Positions 60,665-64,000 of a stretch of 64,000 nucleotides of DNA are shown piece by piece. The translations under genes were made by a program, and so were the position numbers. Source of the DNA: an uncultured candidate division Zixibacteria bacterium. GTDB lineage: Bacteria > Zixibacteria > MSB-5A5 > UBA10806. Under the pieces are notes generated by a model, which made no database searches, was not told the DNA's origin, and worked only from the letters and a program-made list of their open reading frames with translations. Positions within the stretch are counted from its first letter, which is position 1. Each line of letters begins with the position of its first letter. Where the stretch lies: the NCBI GenBank assembly GCA_963817915.1, contig CAWFQL010000009.1, forward strand, positions 192,001-256,000, read 5' to 3'.

Positions 60665-62861
60665 ATTGTATGAGAGAATAATTCAAGTCTTTGAGTTCGG
60701 AGTTTTTAATCGGCGAAATAAAAAACCATATATAATTTTTCAGTTTTCCATGCTCATTATAGACCGGCAAAATGACAATCATTTTGCTCACGGCATTCTG
60801 CTGACCGGAATTTAATATCAATTCCTCTACCAGGTGGTTTTCACCTTGAAGCCTGGCCCATATCAATTCACGAATCCCGGTTCTTAATATTGACAAATCG
60901 ACGGTAAGTATATTTTTGCCAGAAATATTTTCATTATCAATATTGAATGTGGCGGAAAATGATTTATTATAGAATCCAACTATACCCGCCGTATCCGTGA
61001 TAACGACCGGTTCGCCCAGATTTTCAAATAATGTTTGAATAAAACCCGATCTTTCGAGAATTCTCTTATATTCGCTAATGTCTCTAACAATCCACTGAAT
61101 AAAACAAGAATTATCCGCAGTAATTATTGACGCGCCGATTGAACAAGGGGTCATAATTCCATCTTTCGATATATAATCGATTTCGGGCATCGATTCGCTG
61201 CCGGATCTTTTGACATTTTGCCAGAGCTTTTTCGCTACATGCATGGCAGCCGGCGGATTCAAGTCCCAGATATAAAATGACGCGAATTCCGATTTGGAAT
61301 ATTTGAAGAATTTTTCGGCAACCTCATTAACATCGGATATGCGGCCAGTGATTGAATCAACCAATAGGATGGGCACTCCCGCCATGTTCAGCGATGTTTT
61401 ATATATTCGTTCGCTTTCTTTAAGTTTCATAAAGAGGCGACTGCCTTCAAGAGCCGCGGACGCCTGAGACGCGAATATTGTCAGCGCCTTGATATCTTCT
61501 TCTTTAAATTTAATCTTGCGCACTTTATAAAGAGTCAATGCGCCAAGTACTTTATTTTTGGTAAGTAACGGGACTGAAAGAAGCGATTCCTCCTCTTCGT
61601 CAGGCGTGCCGGGTACGAGCATTGCTATACCGTCAACGTCATCATAATTTTGTATCATGGCTTTGCCGTCCCTGATAACCGCCCCTGTCAGCCCCTGCCC
61701 GACCGCCATTTCGAAATTCATGATTTCGGTATTAAAGCCTTCAGCGGTCGCGTAAATAGGCTTAATCTTCTGAGTGGAATCGTTAAGAGAAAATATGATA
61801 CAACTATCCGCGCCGGTCAAATTTTCGGCGGCTTTTGAGATTGCTTCAAGCACATCTTTCATTTCCAGCGAGGCCGAAAGGATTTTGCTGGTTTCGTATA
61901 AGCTTGCTACCGTTCTGGTTTCGATTGTAAGTTGTCTGTTCATTAACTCTCTGCCTCTCTCTTCATGGAGTATGCATAGCAGATTATGAACGTCCTGTCC
62001 TTTTCTCTTGATATCGGTGAGCCAGAGCTGGACCGGAATTTTTTCACCGTCATTAGCAATCAGATGGCAGCGCAATTTATTGGCGCTCTCGGCTGAAAGC
62101 ACCTTAAAACGCCAATTACTTGGGATTTCAAAAAACCGGATCGCATCGCTTCCCTTCAGATGCTCATTGTCATATCCCGATAATGACAGAAAATCGGAAT
62201 TGGCATATACGATTTTCCCTGATAAGTCCAGTATTACGTATGGATTAGTAATGGATTCAATCAAATCGTTAGCGTCGATTCCCAGGTTTCTTAGCATTTG
62301 AGACTTTGACGGGTAAAGCTTTATGAAAATTGTCGATACTCCAAGTGCGACGCCTACCCCCGAAGCCACAAGATCTGGCAACTGGGCGAAGTATACTGCC
62401 CAGATAATAGCAGATATGCCGAGTAGCAGCCTTCTGGAGTCCGAAAAGACGATCATCGCAAAAATCAGATAAGTAATTGCGAATGGCGTTACGCGGTCGT
62501 GTATTAATGGAAATAATTTTGAATCCGTGAATACTATTAGGCAAAGCGCTACCAGGACAAAAGCTGAAACGCTCCAGGTGATAAATGATTTCTTATTGAT
62601 TTTGTCCTGCATCTCTTTTCTTTCGAGCGCAAGTGCACCCGGAAGAAATAGAAGAATCAATGCTGCCCATTCGCCGTCTACATTGGCCAAAATACCTGTA
62701 GAATACGCAATTGAAATTAATCCGTGAAATATAAGGAAAAATGAAATTATTATGTAAACGAGCGAATCGCTTATATTGATTCTGCTTCTAAAGCCCCGTT
62801 GCACCAGTATAAATAGCAGTGCGCAACCGAGAAGGATTATTATCAAATGGTGAGCTAGCAT
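60663..62861 (-). CDS. membrane-bound PAS-GAF-PAS-PAS sensor with no recognisable output domain
   Basis: ~7 N-terminal TMs; PAS (GKIVYANSDFLSLSGY), GAF (GQGLTG...SVPL...FKEEDI), two further PAS-like segments. Confidence 0.8.
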   Translation of the reverse strand: MLAHHLIIILLGCALLFILVQRGFRSRINISDSLVYIIISFFLIFHGLISIAYSTGILANVDGEWAALILLFLPGALALERKEMQDKINKKSFITWSVSAFVLVALCLIVFTDSKLFPLIHDRVTPFAITYLIFAMIVFSDSRRLLLGISAIIWAVYFAQLPDLVASGVGVALGVSTIFIKLYPSKSQMLRNLGIDANDLIESITNPYVILDLSGKIVYANSDFLSLSGYDNEHLKGSDAIRFFEIPSNWRFKVLSAESANKLRCHLIANDGEKIPVQLWLTDIKRKGQDVHNLLCILHEERGRELMNRQLTIETRTVASLYETSKILSASLEMKDVLEAISKAAENLTGADSCIIFSLNDSTQKIKPIYATAEGFNTEIMNFEMAVGQGLTGAVIRDGKAMIQNYDDVDGIAMLVPGTPDEEEESLLSVPLLTKNKVLGALTLYKVRKIKFKEEDIKALTIFASQASAALEGSRLFMKLKESERIYKTSLNMAGVPILLVDSITGRISDVNEVAEKFFKYSKSEFASFYIWDLNPPAAMHVAKKLWQNVKRSGSESMPEIDYISKDGIMTPCSIGASIITADNSCFIQWIVRDISEYKRILERSGFIQTLFENLGEPVVITDTAGIVGFYNKSFSATFNIDNENISGKNILTVDLSILRTGIRELIWARLQGENHLVEELILNSGQQNAVSKMIVILPVYNEHGKLKNYIWFFISPIKNSELKDLNYSLIQ

Positions 62862-63066
62862 CGTTTTTCCTATATAATTTATTTATCGAGCATTCTGATT
62901 ATAATCTTAATCTTAATAAGAGATTGTCCAGATATTCACTTAATAAATACGCCGGAATATTTCATTGTGAAATTGTAAAGACTCCTTTGGCCATTTTTGT
63001 AATTATTACTACTTAAAAGCCAACGAGTTAATTATGGATAAATGAACAGGGATAAGTTAAATGGAA

Positions 63067-64000
63067 TCAGGATTTCGAGAATGATCTATCGTATCTTTTG
63101 AGCCAGAATGAGAATTTTGAGCCTATTCCGAGCTTGCTTTCGACTTCGATTTTTTGTTCGTGGGCATCGATAACATGCTTTACTATCGCAAGTCCCAGCC
63201 CTAAATGCTCCCCGGAATTTTGATCGGTAGGCTCCAGCCTGTAAAAACGTTCGAAAATACGCGGTATCTGATCCTCGGCTATACCGGAACCGCTGTCTTC
63301 TATTATGATTTTTACCCGTGTATCTTCATCGATACAGGATATTTTTATATAGCCTTTTTGAGTATTATCAAGGGCATTTTCAACGAGATTCTCCATCGCC
63401 ATCCTAATCAATTTTTCATCACCGCGCGCAAATATTTTCTCGTTGCCGTTCGGAAGGTCGACCTCCAGATTCAGCCCCTTGGTTTTGGCTAATTCCTTAA
63501 AAGGTCCGATCATGCCATAGATCATTGTGCCTATCCTGAATCCTCGAAATTCGATCATAGCTTCGCCATATTCGATTTTTGAAATATCGATCAGGGTCGA
63601 AATGATTTTATCCAATTTATTTGCCTGATTAAGTGCGCTGGTCAATTCGCCGCCGTCGATCGACTTTCCCGATGATAGTTTATTCCCCATGTTTTGGATG
63701 ATATTTTTCAAATCCGCGATCGGATCCTTCAACCGCGCGGAAACATTGGCGAAAAATTCGCGGCGTATATTTTCAAGCTGGGCGACACGGATTCGCAACT
63801 GCTTGAGATTATCGACCATATCGTTGAGAGCATCGGCGAGCTCGCCTACTTCATCGGGGCTTTTTATATTGGTTTTTTCTGGCAGTTCCTCGGTTCGTAT
63901 GCGCCTCGTGAATACGGTTAATTCTTCGATGGTATGAGAAATCATGGCGGAAACCCAGAACGCTACCGCCACCAATGCGACCAAACCTAAAAAGCTTCCC
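63067..64000 (-). CDS. HAMP-HisKA-HATPase sensor kinase-like protein (PhoR-like), 5' end outside the window; H-box His absent
   Basis: HAMP DEVGELADALNDM; FFANVSARLKDPI; NLVENA, DSGSGI, IFERFYR, GLGLAIVK. Confidence 0.85.
   Translation of the reverse strand, partial: GSFLGLVALVAVAFWVSAMISHTIEELTVFTRRIRTEELPEKTNIKSPDEVGELADALNDMVDNLKQLRIRVAQLENIRREFFANVSARLKDPIADLKNIIQNMGNKLSSGKSIDGGELTSALNQANKLDKIISTLIDISKIEYGEAMIEFRGFRIGTMIYGMIGPFKELAKTKGLNLEVDLPNGNEKIFARGDEKLIRMAMENLVENALDNTQKGYIKISCIDEDTRVKIIIEDSGSGIAEDQIPRIFERFYRLEPTDQNSGEHLGLGLAIVKHVIDAHEQKIEVESKLGIGSKFSFWLKRYDRSFSKS

Overview
Bacterial chromosomal segment that appears to span the replication terminus: a strong dif (XerCD) site at 20006-20033 sits where gene orientation flips from all + to mostly -. 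The secreted proteases with NYPNPFN and dockerin-like tails and a Bacteroidota-type bS22 point to an FCB-group organism, possibly Zixibacteria (inference). The left part holds queC, an AT-rich stand-alone UvrD helicase, tRNA-Arg(CCG), proS, the rimP-nusA-infB-rbfA-truB-ribF-rpsO-pnp cluster and leuS. The right part holds GH57, a FadL-like porin, tRNA-Arg(CCT), bS22/HU, sppA, a LysM transglycosylase, miaA-mutL, purF, sigma-54 two-component genes, methionine-cycle genes including a split MetE, a RAYT transposase, tRNA-Leu(CAA) and two large secreted proteases. The most unusual signal is a diverse REP/RAYT system. Mosaic hairpin arrays of many families occur at four sites, REP copies bracket the AT-rich helicase, and a REP doublet is inserted in-frame in queC. 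Nine genes after 20 kb carry frameshifts that look like sequencing indels rather than true pseudogenes.
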